Source: Chrysomallon squamiferum
Taxonomy: Eukaryota; Animalia; Mollusca
Direction of reading: 5' to 3'
Assembly (NCBI GenBank): GCA_012295275.1
Contig: CM022665.1
Location: forward strand, 43,214,001-43,278,000
Length of the DNA: 64,000 nucleotides
A model generated the notes under the pieces. It searched no databases. It saw only the letters and a list, made by a program, of their open reading frames with translations, and was not told the origin of the DNA. The position numbers were made by a program, and so were the translations under genes. This document shows, one piece after another, positions 12,401 to 42,675 of this stretch (position 1 is the first letter of the stretch; each line of letters opens with the position of its first letter).

Positions 12401-12736
12401 TATAATTATACCTACTGAGCAGATGATTTTATTTTTATATCATTGATATTATCATTATTTTCTTTAAATTGCTAAGTTAAAAGAAGAAAAATAAAAAGAA
12501 AGAAAAAAAAATGAAACCTAATGGTCAGCTTTATGTAACATTAATAAACAAGGGACAGTAATTATACTTTTTTTTAACAGAAACATGACAAGTTCTTGTT
12601 TTAATTTATATAAAAATAAATTAGAAATACCTGTTCTAATCTCAATCTTGGTACTGGAGTCAATGACAGTTTTTCTTCCCAGGCCTGGAGCCCGAAGTGG
12701 GATAATTGTTGGGACAAGGATTGACCCTGCAGTCAT
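15..12736 (-). CDS. DZANK1: DZANK1 (double zinc ribbon and ankyrin repeat-containing protein 1), multi-exon, 3'-partial (continues left of window)
   Basis: Phase-consistent GT-AG exons 12631-12736, 7209-7356, 6666-6792, 5991-6087, 5461-5546, 5082-5176, 4613-4700 (degenerate), 3823-4032, 3311-3436, 2668-2786, 2296-2314, 15-202 (frameshifted). Translation has DZANK1 hallmarks: MTAGSILVPTIIPLR, TPDTVIHYTINGTKP, LQRETDFLK, CxxC zinc ribbons, DARFCDWCGAK, QTVGLFYP, PLLTSVSPGRG. Confidence 0.92.
171..1730. repeat. 70-bp tandem minisatellite, ~22 copies, each containing the DZANK1 3' splice site and exon start
   Basis: Unit acgactcctatagtcacaggag(c/t)ccacttagactgaaaacaccaaacaaactaaaataaaacctcacaaa. 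Main array runs to ~1595, with an outlier copy at 1671-1730. The first copy overlaps the real exon. Confidence 0.97.
2296..2314 (-). CDS. DZANK1: DZANK1 19-nt microexon (R-PVGGSD)
   Basis: CTGTTTTCAG|ACCTGTTGGAGGTTCAGAT|GTAAGT; needed to convert phase 2 to phase 0 between flanking exons. Confidence 0.75.
2668..2786 (-). CDS. DZANK1: DZANK1 zinc-ribbon exon (PSKPSGALQCSKCGATNHPYSTFCGSCGIQMQAPPRVEFR)
   Basis: TTTTGTAG acceptor, CAG|GTCTGT donor, phase 0 to 2. Confidence 0.88.
3311..3436 (-). CDS. DZANK1: DZANK1 zinc-ribbon exon (RAIFSGLSAPP...TCNKCNRVNNGDARFCDWCGAK)
   Basis: TTTCGTTAG acceptor, AAG|GTAAAA donor, phase 0 to 0. Confidence 0.92.
3823..4032 (-). CDS. DZANK1: DZANK1 zinc-ribbon exon ([24 protein letters not shown]...CVTCDTRLPTTAQQ)
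   Basis: Four CxxC motifs; CTGCACAG acceptor, CAG|GTTAGT donor, phase 0 to 0. Confidence 0.92.
4217..4418 (+). mobile_element. 5'-truncated RTE-clade LINE 3' end with (GAA)n tail
   Basis: Degenerate translation MRTVVDIVVLGKRLRDRQMGR*MDCFQRDI...DADNRKFRQQ resembles the RTE C-terminal GKRPRGRP..RW.D....D pattern and is followed directly by (GAA)9. Confidence 0.65.
4613..4700 (-). CDS. DZANK1: DZANK1 degenerate or garbled zinc-ribbon exon (88 nt)
   Basis: Bridges phase 2 to 0 without stops (KCVHFLLSLRQIHFDSVLIPPIIINIPHYQ). The expected DPF(A)RFC motif appears only in an alternate frame (TDPFRFCID). Weak donor CAG|GTCATA. Confidence 0.6.
5082..5176 (-). CDS. DZANK1: DZANK1 exon (TFDDLEVKKSHRSLPENSVQAMRLQRETDFLK)
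   Basis: TTCCTTAG acceptor, AA|GTAAGA donor, conserved QRETDFLK motif. Confidence 0.9.
5461..5546 (-). CDS. DZANK1: DZANK1 exon (DMSVTGSNRRRPGTGPRFLNSRRSNVNDV)
   Basis: ACACAG acceptor, GTG|GTAAGT donor, phase 1 to 0. Confidence 0.85.
5991..6087 (-). CDS. DZANK1: DZANK1 exon (MEVKRAATKLVTSPQSAWMDVAKMKETQQMIA)
   Basis: GTTGTAG acceptor, CAG|GTGAGC donor, phase 0 to 1. Confidence 0.85.
6666..6792 (-). CDS. DZANK1: DZANK1 exon (DGLRESNVVSKVFEVEYVPPPP...ERTK)
   Basis: TTTCACAG acceptor, AAG|GTAGGC donor, phase 2 to 0. Confidence 0.9.
7209..7356 (-). CDS. DZANK1: DZANK1 exon (ETPDTVIHYTINGTKPDPYQRMGEKCTMQYRGPFTLPAGKQNVKAIAVSK), Fn3-associated-like domain
   Basis: ACAG acceptor, AA|GTAGGT donor, phase 1 to 2, open frame. 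Confidence 0.9.
7926..7943 (-). terminator. Candidate snRNA 3' box
   Basis: GTTTTAAATTTAAATAGA about 18 nt downstream of the U1 3' end, resembling GTTT-N-AAARNAGA. Confidence 0.45.
7962..8126 (-). ncRNA. RNU1: U1 spliceosomal snRNA gene (165 nt), nested in DZANK1 intron 2, same strand as host
   Basis: Starts ATACTTACCTGG; stem-loop I; U1A loop ATTGCACTCC; stem III; Sm-like AATTTTTTAG; terminal GGGG..GCG-TTCG-CGC..CCCC hairpin. Compensatory substitutions in helix H (GTAC/GTAC) and stem III (TCGCCC/GGGCGA). Confidence 0.97.
8160..8195 (-). promoter_or_regulatory. Candidate snRNA proximal sequence element upstream of U1
   Basis: ATGCAAAACACCTCGATCACTTGTATGAAACG at about -65 to -34, the expected PSE position. 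Sequence match to known PSEs is loose. Confidence 0.35.
8804..9066. repeat. Degenerate ~95-bp tandem repeat, 3 copies
   Basis: ttgcagtat(g/t)tgattttttt...ttaatttatattat recurs near 8804, 8903 and 8992. Confidence 0.75.
9810..10255 (+). mobile_element. Possible highly decayed Penelope-like (GIY-YIG region) retroelement fragment
   Basis: Broken-frame peptides IPYI**RIST, KISLGVPNAIKNEH and TVMIRKD*FTLNQAFNNLL occur in the order typical of PLE C-termini. Weak, by-eye similarity only. Confidence 0.3.
11756..12189. mobile_element. Decayed non-autonomous DNA transposon (MITE-like)
   Basis: Ends cagtgcaaccattagggtaactagacagttgtctagg and ttgcctagggtgcaaaataatctggcaccagccctg, with imperfect CAG(G/T)GC termini and a repeated ttg(c/t)ctagg subterminal motif. 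Confidence 0.4.
12631..12736 (-). CDS. DZANK1: DZANK1 first coding exon (MTAGSILVPTIIPLRAPGLGRKTVIDSSTKIEIRT); exon begins at 12769 with 5'UTR
   Basis: Acceptor TTTTACCAG before 12769, donor ACAG|GTATTT, phase 1. Confidence 0.9.
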
Positions 12737-12851
12737 GATGATGTAGCAGGTGTATCCTCAGTTTATAACCTGGTAAAAGTAATTTTTAAAATTAAAAATA
12801 ATAAAATAATAAAAAATAAAAAAGGAAAAGAACTTACAACAAAATAAAATA

Positions 12852-12892
<41 letters not shown>

Positions 12893-13877
12893 AGCAAAAT
12901 AAAATAAAATAATCAGGGTATTATATTCAACACACAAAGAGTTCCAAAGTACTGAGAAAACCAAAACCAAATTACATGTATTATAAAGGACAAGCATTAT
13001 CTTTTGAGTAAAACTTTTTAAATTTGGAACCCACACTTGCAAACTGTGAAAAATACACATGATATGGTGACTTATATTAATTAAGGATCATGATGAGTAA
13101 GGTAAGGTCTTATGACCAGGACAAATCGGACTTAAATGAATGGGTCCCAAAATAATTGTGTATTTGGAAATTGTAAACTATGATAATTGGTTATATCTTT
13201 AGAAATAGCTGTCTGATTTTAATAACAGAAAATCACATGCCTTGCTTTGTGATGGTATCATTTGTTTTGTTTAATTTTTATTATTTACTTGCACTTCATT
13301 AAGTTTTGTTTTGAGCATCATTTTTCTTTCCAAAGCAGTATATCCAACTTTACTAATATTAAAAATTAATTTAAAAATAAATTATTTACAACAATAATTA
13401 CCTATACATATATATACATGTACTTTGAAATGGGATTCTTAATTATTCAAATTAATGCATAACTAAAGCTATGAATGAACGTCTGAATAATTATTTTTGA
13501 TTGGCGACTGTTGTTAGAGAAGAAACATTGTCAGATATTTACTTTTACTACTAAATAAACAATCGTGTTTCATTCAGAAATTTAACGAATAAATATATTA
13601 TTTTATTTTGTTTTATTTTCATTAAAGAATATTTCATAGCTGTCAATATGTCATATTATTTTTTAGCATTATGATTATTTTCTGTGACCGTTAGTGTATT
13701 GCTAGCTTTTGATTAATACGGTACTTTCACATCCGATAAAAAATCTATTTATATTCGATAATAAAAAATAATTTTAAAAATACATATTTGTGCGTTTTAA
13801 CCCCTACGTTAAGCGAACAGTGATGTCAATGTAAAGATAATTTTTCAAAAAGAAAAACAAGTTAAAATAAAATTTAC

Positions 13878-13990
13878 CTGGCAAATATCCCGATGAACTT
13901 GTTTTGGCTTGTAGCAACAACCGCCTTAGAGATATTTAGAGACGCGGCAAATGATTGGATAGTCGCAGCAAGTGCGTTACCAAAGAGTTA
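13878..13990 (-). promoter_or_regulatory. DZANK1 non-coding exon 1 and promoter, with an RFX X-box-like site and a CCAAT box
   Basis: Donor CCAG|GTAAAT at 13878; GTTGCTACAAGCCA (13905-13918, minus) resembles the X-box of ciliary genes; ATTGG near 13954; local CpG rise. Confidence 0.6.
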
Positions 13991-14952
13991 AAACATGGGA
14001 CATAACTCTATTGTCTCCCTTATTAAAGTAAAATTTCCAAAAAGGATTCAAATAATACTTATAATATATATTACGATCTTTTGTAGACGATTATTAAAAT
14101 ATATATTAAGGCACTTCTATCAAAGGACATTAAAACAAATCGTTATTTTGTTTATGTACATTTTTTTTTTTTTTTAAATTTTAACTACATAATTTTCATA
14201 AATTCGGATAGCCACTAAGCCAGTCATTTGATTTATTTGGTATTTATAATCTTTGAAATTACCGAAAAATAAATTGTATAGCAACTTTTCGTTACTTACT
14301 GGGGTTAAATAAATCAATGATTTCAAACTCAGTAACAGACTAAACAGCTTAAATAATAAACTAGTTGGAAAGTAAAAAAGAAAGAAAAAAACCCGAATGC
14401 TTGTACATTTTTACAACTTTCTGTAAGCTGAATTTGATTAACTGTGATAATTTAAATTATTAAACCAGTCTCTATTTAGATGAGTTTTTTCTTCTTCTCC
14501 TCCCCCCCTCTTATCTAATACTGACTTTTTATTTTAAATGACAAGCAAAAGAAACCAAATAAGAATTTGACGTTTATTTCCCAAATAACCAAACTTTTGG
14601 CGTCTCGATTAAAATGTCCTCATCACTGCAAAACTAACGTCAACAGCTGTCTGTTGTTATTACAGCTACTACTGCTACTACTACTACAACTAACATACAA
14701 ATTAATATGTTGCTAATGGGTCTTGGTTTAGCGTCTCGGACTTAATCCGTCTTTTAGCGGATAATGCACTCCAGCCGTCTTGGATTTTATGTGAGTTTGT
14801 TTTTTGTTTCTAAAATAAACAAATAAATAAATAAATTAGTAATTATATAAAATGTTATTTCAGGTTAACGCAGAATAAAACTATTTAAGATTTTCGTCAT
14901 ATATTTTCTATTTATAACTTACTGCTACAATTTTATTGATATCGGCTTGCTT

Positions 14953-14990
<38 letters not shown>

Positions 14991-15183
14991 CCAAATTATT
15001 ATTTATTTCAACTAATATAGATATAAATTGCAAACTGTAACTTAATTTTTAAATATAATTTTAATATATTTTTCTTTATTAATAACAACAAAACTCGAAA
15101 TTATTGTGCACGTATAGAGGACGCTCCACAAGCTGTTAAATACGAGTTCTATTATTTATTATTTATTGATTTATTTGTGCATT

Positions 15184-15227
<44 letters not shown>

Positions 15228-15636
15228 TAATTTATCAATTAATTAATTATTATTTTATGCATTAACATAATCATGAGAAAGAAAAACGAATAAAAAACAT
15301 TAATGGCGACAAAAAATCAAACTGAAATACTAATGTATCTTTCCTTTCTTTAAGCATTATTTACTGTTTTGTAATCATTTTTAGCGCTTTTAGATGTTTT
15401 AGGATAAAGAAAATGCAAAACACCATGCTATATTTTTATTCGTTTTATTTAAAATGAGTATAAATATTCCTATATTTAATTAACGATCACACACTATTTA
15501 GATTTTTATAAAATAATATATATATTATTTTATTATTATTATTATTTTTTTTTTACAATGCTCTTTAAGTTTTTACATTTATTACTTTTTGTAAATATAT
15601 ACGGCCTCGCTATTGCTTTCACCATATACCTTTTTG

Positions 15637-15823
15637 ATGAATGAATGAATTATGTATATTGTATTTTATACGTAAAAACGTCAGTGTTCTATATTTGTAA
15701 AATAATACATACTTTCTTTTAAATAAGGCAATGAATGAATGAATTATGTATATTGTATTTTATACGTAAAAACGTCAGTGTTCTATATTTGTAAAATAAT
15801 ACATAATTTCTTTTAAATAAGGC
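15637..15823. repeat. ~92-bp tandem duplication, 2 near-identical copies
   Basis: atgaatgaattatgtatattgtattttatacgtaaaaacgtcagtgttctata...aaataaggc occurs twice. Confidence 0.9.
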
Positions 15824-16417
15824 AAAAACACTTAACCGTAGAGCGAAGCGAGGCAAAAAATTTGTGCTCCGACGTGAAAGACGCAAAATCTTCGATTCCA
15901 TTTATATTTTATATTTTTTAAATTAAAATTATATATATATATAAAAAAAAAATTTTTATGATGCATTTGCCTCAATGTTGTTACCTCCATGATATATTTA
16001 TATATAATTTAGTGCATTAAATAGCGATTAAAAAGAATAATAAAAAATAAATATTAATAGTAGTTGTAATAAAAAATATTTTAAATATTTTAAATCTCAG
16101 AATATCTATTTTTCTTTCAGTTTTAGACTATATTTTTAAGTTTCAAGTAAATGGTTAAATAAATAGCCATCATTTTGCCTACAGTAAAAATCGTTTTAAT
16201 CAGTTTTTGTAGCTTGTTTTGTTTTGAAATTAACTAGTAATTTGAATAGTAATGTGAATTTATGTTTTATAAAAAAAAAAAAAAAACCCCCCAAAAATTA
16301 GTTAATTAATTACAAATACTTGTATTATTTCAGTATTTGCTACATTAATTTATAAATATAAATAAAGTTTTTAAATTTTTTTTCCCAATGAACATTCTGT
16401 GAAAATAACAAGTAAAT

Positions 16418-16452
<35 letters not shown>

Positions 16453-16539
16453 AATCATAGTACTCATTTTCATCCAAACATATCACTGATCTCCTTTTAA
16501 GTCAATAACTCAACTTTCACAAAACAGCAATAGTTTAAT

Positions 16540-16587
16540 AACAAAAGAAGACAAACACATTTTTTGTATTAAAGATTTTTTTTTATT
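16540..16587 (-). terminator. Candidate polyadenylation site of the klarsicht-like gene
   Basis: AATAAA (16582-16587, minus) followed about 20 nt later by the GU-rich tract ATGTGTTTGTCTTCTTTTGTT. Implies a 3'UTR up to ~6.5 kb. Confidence 0.45.
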
Positions 16588-19500
16588 GTATATGATCCAG
16601 TTAAAGTGGTGTGCCACAAAATAAGTCTTTAAGAAACTATACAAAAAGAGTCAAAGTTGGAACTGGACAAAGTTGAAGCACTGGTTTTTGTAATCTAATG
16701 TAGTACTGAGGTAGCACCATGCATTGATATGGATGTTAGTTGTCAATACATAATTATTGTGGAAGCAAATGATCCTAAAGCTGGAACCAAACACCATGAA
16801 AATATATCTAGAATTCTCAGAAATGTTCTAAAAAATGTTTTCATCTCAAAAACAAAATTTTTAATTTGACAGAAATTGTAAATTTACTTTTTCACTTTGT
16901 TAGTTCTTTAGGTTACTGCTGGTTTTTTTTTTTCAACAATAAACAACCTGTTATACACCAATTTAAAATCTGAATATTGATATTACATTAATTTTAAAAT
17001 AAAAACTTAATACTGAAATTAAATTATTTTTTTTTAAATTTTGATGATCAGTTTATTCTGTCTGATGAACAACAATTTGGTATTCATATTTTATTTACTT
17101 AAAATCCAGTAACAGATAAATGAGGGAATAAATTTCCACCAGAACTTTAGTGAAATCATAAACATACAATTTTATAATTGCATCAGTGTGTTTTAGACAT
17201 ATGTTTACCATTCACTGCATTAATTCATTTCTATAATCAGAAAAACTATATACATCAGTCTTAACTAGTAATTAATTACAAAGGAAAATATTCTTGAAAG
17301 AATATATTTCTGAAGAGATAATTAACATGCTCATTAATGAAGGACTTGCAAACAGTTTTCCACACGTCAAATTTTTTTTTTTAAATATTTTTACCTGAGA
17401 ATAAATTCAATATTCATTAATTTTGACAAATTCAAGAAGATATTTTAATGGTGTTCAGAACAACGATTCATTCAGAATTACTTACCTTTTAAGTAACAAT
17501 AACTAATCTGAAATAAATAAATAAATATTATGAATGTCATCACAATTTGTAGTTTTACAGTTATGTTTTTCAAGAAAATAATAGTAAAAAAAATTAAACA
17601 AAAATATACGATTATTTATCAACTGTGAATGGAAAATGACAAGAACACTCCTTTGTTCTGGTTAATTTTGCACAACACACAAAACATTTAAATAAATAAA
17701 TAAATTATTTAAAAAAAAAAACCCAAAAAACCTCAGTATTAATCAATAATTTTTTGAAAAAAAATCACAAAAATCACAAAAATAAAAGCAAAAATTAAAT
17801 TAAATATAAATTTTAAATCAACATTTCATTAGTTTAAAAGGTAATTTCAAAAAATAAAATAAAAATAAATCTTTTAGTGTCACAGTATTACTTCACAACA
17901 CAGTGAAAAATGACACAAACAAGCAACACAGTAAGAAGCAGACGACAACACAAAATATTCACAAAGCTTGAAATGCTTAGCATTTATCAGAAATTGGTGG
18001 AAAAATATTCCAATTTCTGATAGGAACATTATTATTATATGTACATTTTAAAATTATGTAAGTAAAAGATTAACAAAAATCAAAAAATAAATAAATAAAA
18101 AATAAACAAAAAAAATCCTGATGTGCTGATTTTCAATTTACATTTTGTACTCTATATATCATTTAACCTGAATTTCTAATTTTTAAATTCTGGATTAGTT
18201 ATCATTATTAAAATAAAAAAAAAAAAATAAAAAAAAAAAATATATAAAATAAATAAAATTTAATATATAAAATTAAAAGTTCAAGTGGATCTTTTATTTT
18301 CAGTTATATATACTTTTTTGAAATTCTTGAACGGAAATAATTGTTTGAGAATGGTTATTCAATGTGGAATTTTGCATTTACTAAAAAAAGACCAAAAACA
18401 TGTGGTCACACTCCGCATGCTTGTTTTCTTTCAACTGCATGAATATATTTTATCTACATCTCAACACAAATATCTGTTTCACTGTTACTAAACCCAGCCA
18501 ACATTTATCTCAGTGCCTTAATGTCACCTCATCTCTTCTTATCTTCATACAAAGATTTAAAAAAAAAAAAATTATATATATAAAGAAAACAAAATAAAAT
18601 AAATGCAAAATTCCAAATCGACACATTCTTTAAAATTTTGTGATAAATAAAAAAAAAAAAAAAAAAAAAAAAAAATAATATATATATTGGAAAGAATGAA
18701 TTAAATAATCTAAATATAAATTTAAAAATAAATAAAAACCATTCCTGGAAAATTAAAAACCTGAGTAGCTTATTATTATTATTATTATTCTGTCAGTGAA
18801 TGGAAAATATTGTGGTTGTGGGTACTTGCAAATTTTCAGTGAATACAATTTCTTTAAATATAAAAACCTGAATAAAACTGTGCATAAAACTTACAAAGTG
18901 GAACCATAGCTCAATTATGTATACATAAAGAAATAAAAAAAAGAATTAGTTTGTATTTATGTTGTAAAATAAAAAAATGTTAAAAAAAATCTAAAGATTT
19001 TTCTTTATATTATTTTCTGAAATAAAAAAAAATCCTCACAAAATCATCAATAATATATTTACTTTTTAAAAACATGAGCTATTGCTTATTTTACTCTTTG
19101 AAATATTTTAAAAGATAATACATTTTTTTTATAAATGAAGGCATTAACATTAATTAAAGTAGCAAATTATTTTCAAAATATTACTAAAAAGAAACATAAA
19201 AAAAAAAAAAAAAAAAAAAACATTGCACATTTAAGATGTAAGTATAATACATGGACTAAAAGCCACCATTAAAATAAATGATAAAACAAGTCTATTAAGA
19301 AAACACTGAAAAAAGAAAAATTCCAGTAAGACATAAAGAGAATTTTAAATATTCTTACAAATTACTTGAAAATTTGCTTTAAAAAATATTGGCAGTGAGC
19401 TTTTTTTTAATGTGACCAACTTCCATGAAAAGAAATAAAGAAACACTGATTGAGTATTTTGGCATATTCAGGTGGACATTTTGACATTCGATTCCATAAA

Positions 19501-22143
19501 TCACCCATTTAGAAGGCATTTAGTAAGGTAGTAAATCATTACAAGAATTAAAACAAGGTGATGTGATTTCAGTACCATTCATGGAAATTGGTTACAAGAA
19601 ATACATTTCTCAAATGTCGACCAAGATAATTAACGTTACATTTGGAATGCTACTTTAACTTTAAAGCAATATTAGCAATCGATTAATTGTGATAAAATTT
19701 AGTTACAATTAAATATCAAATTCATTAATGACAAGGTGAAAAATAAAATGTAAACCAGTTACACTAGAAAAAGTCTGTTAAAATTAATATACATGTATAT
19801 AGATATATAAATTTATCATACACAGTTTAGAAAATAGGATTTGTCGATCATTTCATACTGTAATCTGTTTTAAGATACAAGATACGTACTGTACCAGGAT
19901 ACAGCCAGAAACATAATATAGCTTTTATTATCATGTAGTATTATGTAAAATCTGCATCATTTATTTTCTTATCTTTTGCTGCCTTCTTAGAGAATCAGTT
20001 TCCGTGGGAACACAAACAGCATTAATAAATAAATAAATAAAATAGAAGGAAATTAAAATAATAATGGCACATTTTGATACATTTAGCCTGTTATGTTTCC
20101 TTCTACTAAATTTAAAAAAAAAAAAAATTTTAGAATAAAAAATATAAAACAAAATAAATTCCAAGAGATATATTTTTTGCTTCAAATAATTCATTAAAAT
20201 TGTTTTCATTAGTTATGTCTCCATAATTCTGTTCAAGAAATTAAAAATTTTGACAAGAAAAACAAGGACATTTATCAACAAATGTTTTCATTGACTATTA
20301 AATTTAATAATAAACAGTTCCTTGTTTATATTGATTTTTTTTTTTTTTTTTTTTTATCCATGATAGTGAATTTAGCCAGTTAATTAAGAAATTCATTAAC
20401 AAGAAAACATAACAAGGCCTGAGATGGGTTTCCAAAGAGTAATACTGCTAAACTACAAAGTAAATATCAAATTCCAAGTGCTGCCCAATAAAAAAATAAA
20501 AATGAAAAATGTCTCTTATTACCATAGAAATATATTCAATCTAGAAATATATAGTGAAGATCTGTGAACTATATGAAACCTGTAGCTAGGGGATTACTGG
20601 GTTGAAACAATAAAACCCACAAACCACATTAAATATGTACATAAATAATATTAAAAACTATTATCAAAATGTACATGCTGGTAATTTGCTGTAAAGAAAT
20701 TATTTTTATTATTATTATTATTATTTTTTTTCTCTCTGTAACATGGCACATTTTAACATCTGCAAAATAAAACAGATCAAATTAAATAAAAAAATTTATG
20801 CATTTTTTTTAAAAAGTTTTTATTCTAAATTTCAGGTACAAATTTAAGGCACTGGCAATTTGCGTCAAAACAAAAACAAATAAATTTTATATTTTATAAA
20901 ATCTCTGCTTTTGATTATTTCAACATGACCAATTTCATGCAATGATTTCATAAATATTAAAAATAAATCAGCTATCAAATTATTTATGAAGGTTATTAAA
21001 ATTACATTTATAATCCAATTTTTAAAAAAAAACTATACTGGAGACCATGAAACTTCAAACAGCAAAAGACCAACTAATAAATGACTCAATCCACTTCTGT
21101 GTCTTAGTTAAAAAACCAAGACAAACTGGGATTAAAATTTATTTCTTCATCCAGTTTGTTTCCATCCTCAATCTTCATCTCTTCAAAAATCAGTATTTTT
21201 CTTAAATGTCTTGATGACATATTTATTTTTTATTTTTTTTAACTCAAATATGAACCCTTTAATAAGGTTCCTAGTCTCAATTCGTACAGTTACAATGTCC
21301 CTGAATCATGTGTGTTGTTTATTAAACACATGAATTAATTGTCTCTTTATTATTATTATGTTTCCAGTGTTGTCATATTCTGTATACATTTCCTTTATAA
21401 CATCACTTCTGCATGTAGCTCTCGTGATTATTCTTAATTTCTCAGACAGGCCAAAAAGCCATGATCTTGACCACAGAGAAATATTCATTCACATAAATTC
21501 GTGTTCTTGTATTTCAGAGTAAATAGTAAATCATCTTCCAGATAATGTTTAATACATTATCTAGAGAACTGGTAATAATACCACCTTTATTTTTCCCCAT
21601 CACTTAAAAGAACAATAAAACGTTTTATTTATTTTACAGTAAAAACTAGGTATTGTTTGTAAAGGGGGATATACCAGTTTTATCAACCTAGTTTATTTTC
21701 ACAGATACTAATTTTACTGGTATATTACAACTATGTATACTTTCAATGCACTGAGAAACCTATTTTATTTCAGTGCTATTCTATGTATATATATTATTTA
21801 TTATACCTGCACAAGTATGTACATACTGATGTCAATATTATTTCTAATTCAAGGAATTGTTTTTTTATTTAATCATTTTTTTTTTTTAAATAATACATTT
21901 TATAATTTTTGGCTCTCTAAAATTTGCAATGTATTTAAAATACATTTGTTATTTCTTTTTCAAATATTATATTCCTTATGAATAAACAATTTGTATTTAA
22001 GAAAAAATAATAATAAAAAATAATATAATAACATCAGTCTGAAGATCATTTTAAATGTTAAAACCTGTGAATATTTGGCACAAATCAAAATCTGTAAAAT
22101 ACTTTAAAAGCTGACAATTTCTCAGCTTTTGACATTTTTCAAT

Positions 22144-22174
<31 letters not shown>

Positions 22175-23033
22175 CATAATAAAACAATTTTAAAATAAAT
22201 TAACAAAGGAGATCTCATATTTCAACAAAATGCATAGACAATGTCCATACTGCAGCAAAAAAATAAAAAATAAAAAATAATTACATTTTTTTTTTCTACA
22301 GTAAACTGCACCAGTCACATTTCTTGTGACTTCACTTCTCTTTTCTTCAAACTTTCATTTCATTTTATTTCAGTGTAAAAACTGAAGTTCAAAATGATAT
22401 AAACAAGTAATAATATAATTTAAAAAACAACTACATTGTTAATATGAATTCACAATCAGATAAGTGTTACAATCATTACCTCGTTAACCTAATCAATTTG
22501 TTTTACTATCATTAGAAATTTTTCTTTTTTTTTTTAAATTTTCCAACTGATGTTATGATGATGTAGCAAAAACATCTGATTAACAATAATCTGGATTACT
22601 TTCTATTCAGTATTTTAATTTACTATATTTTTGAAATTAATAATAACATTTATTTCATCTCTTTTCATCCCAAATCTTCAATATTATGCACCAAAGCTCT
22701 TAGAACTTTTCCCCTATTTACATCCAACTGCATTTTCTGTCCAATACATTTCAGAACTTCACTTTTGAGTTCTGTTTCATCTTTAACCATCGCTATTTAC
22801 AACCAGGGCCTGCTGCGTTTTCTGTGTAATAGCTTTCAGAACTTCACAGTAAAGTTCTGTTTTATCTTTTTATCCATCTCTATTTACAATCAAAACTCCC
22901 CCCCCCTTATCCAGGGCCTGCAACAGCAACCGGTATTAGAGGGTCTGGCTGCTTATACCTTTACCTATGTGAAAACTGTACTAGACAGTTTCTGATGATT
23001 CATGCTATACAACTGGGAGTATTATTTCTACGT

Positions 23034-42038
<19,005 letters not shown>

Positions 42039-42554
42039 CTGAAACAAACAAAAACAATAATGACAATTTAAAAAAACAAATTAAAAATAAGAGCAGTTTA
42101 ATATGATTTTATGAATGATGAATGTATCATGAGAGACAAGAATCTTGATTTTAAAGGATGTTCCTTTAGACATGTCAGTTGCTAAAAAAAGTGCTGAATT
42201 GTTGTAATCTTAGAAGTGAAAAACGTTTTGTGTAATACAAGATTCACTTCAAAATCCTATTTCTACCTCATTTAGCATTTGCAAATAATAAATTAACAGA
42301 CTAGAACAAAAAAATAAAAAAAAAAAAACGGAGAAATAGTTTTCATTAATAAATTTCTAGATTCTGAAAAAAAAAAAAAAAAAAAAAAAGAAAAAAACCC
42401 CACATTTAAAATAGAGAAAAAAAAAAAAGAAATAATAATAATATGGTTCAAGGCAAAAAAACCCTGAAGATTGAAAATTCTATAGATATCTGTATAGCCA
42501 AAACCCACAGGTATGAAATTATCAATACTATGCAGGCTAATTGAAATAATAATA

Positions 42555-42622
42555 ATAGTAGTTGTAGTTGTAGTAGCAGGAATATTAGTAATAGTAGTAG
42601 TAATAGCAGTAGTAATAGCAGC

Positions 42623-42662
<40 letters not shown>

Positions 42663-42675
42663 ATAGTAGTAATAA
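42555..42675. repeat. (AGT)n microsatellite
   Basis: Directly visible. Confidence 0.9.

Noticed and set aside
16590-23030. Pumilio-type TGTAHATA and AU-rich elements in the predicted klar 3'UTR
   Set aside because: Frequency cannot be distinguished by eye from chance in such AT-rich sequence.
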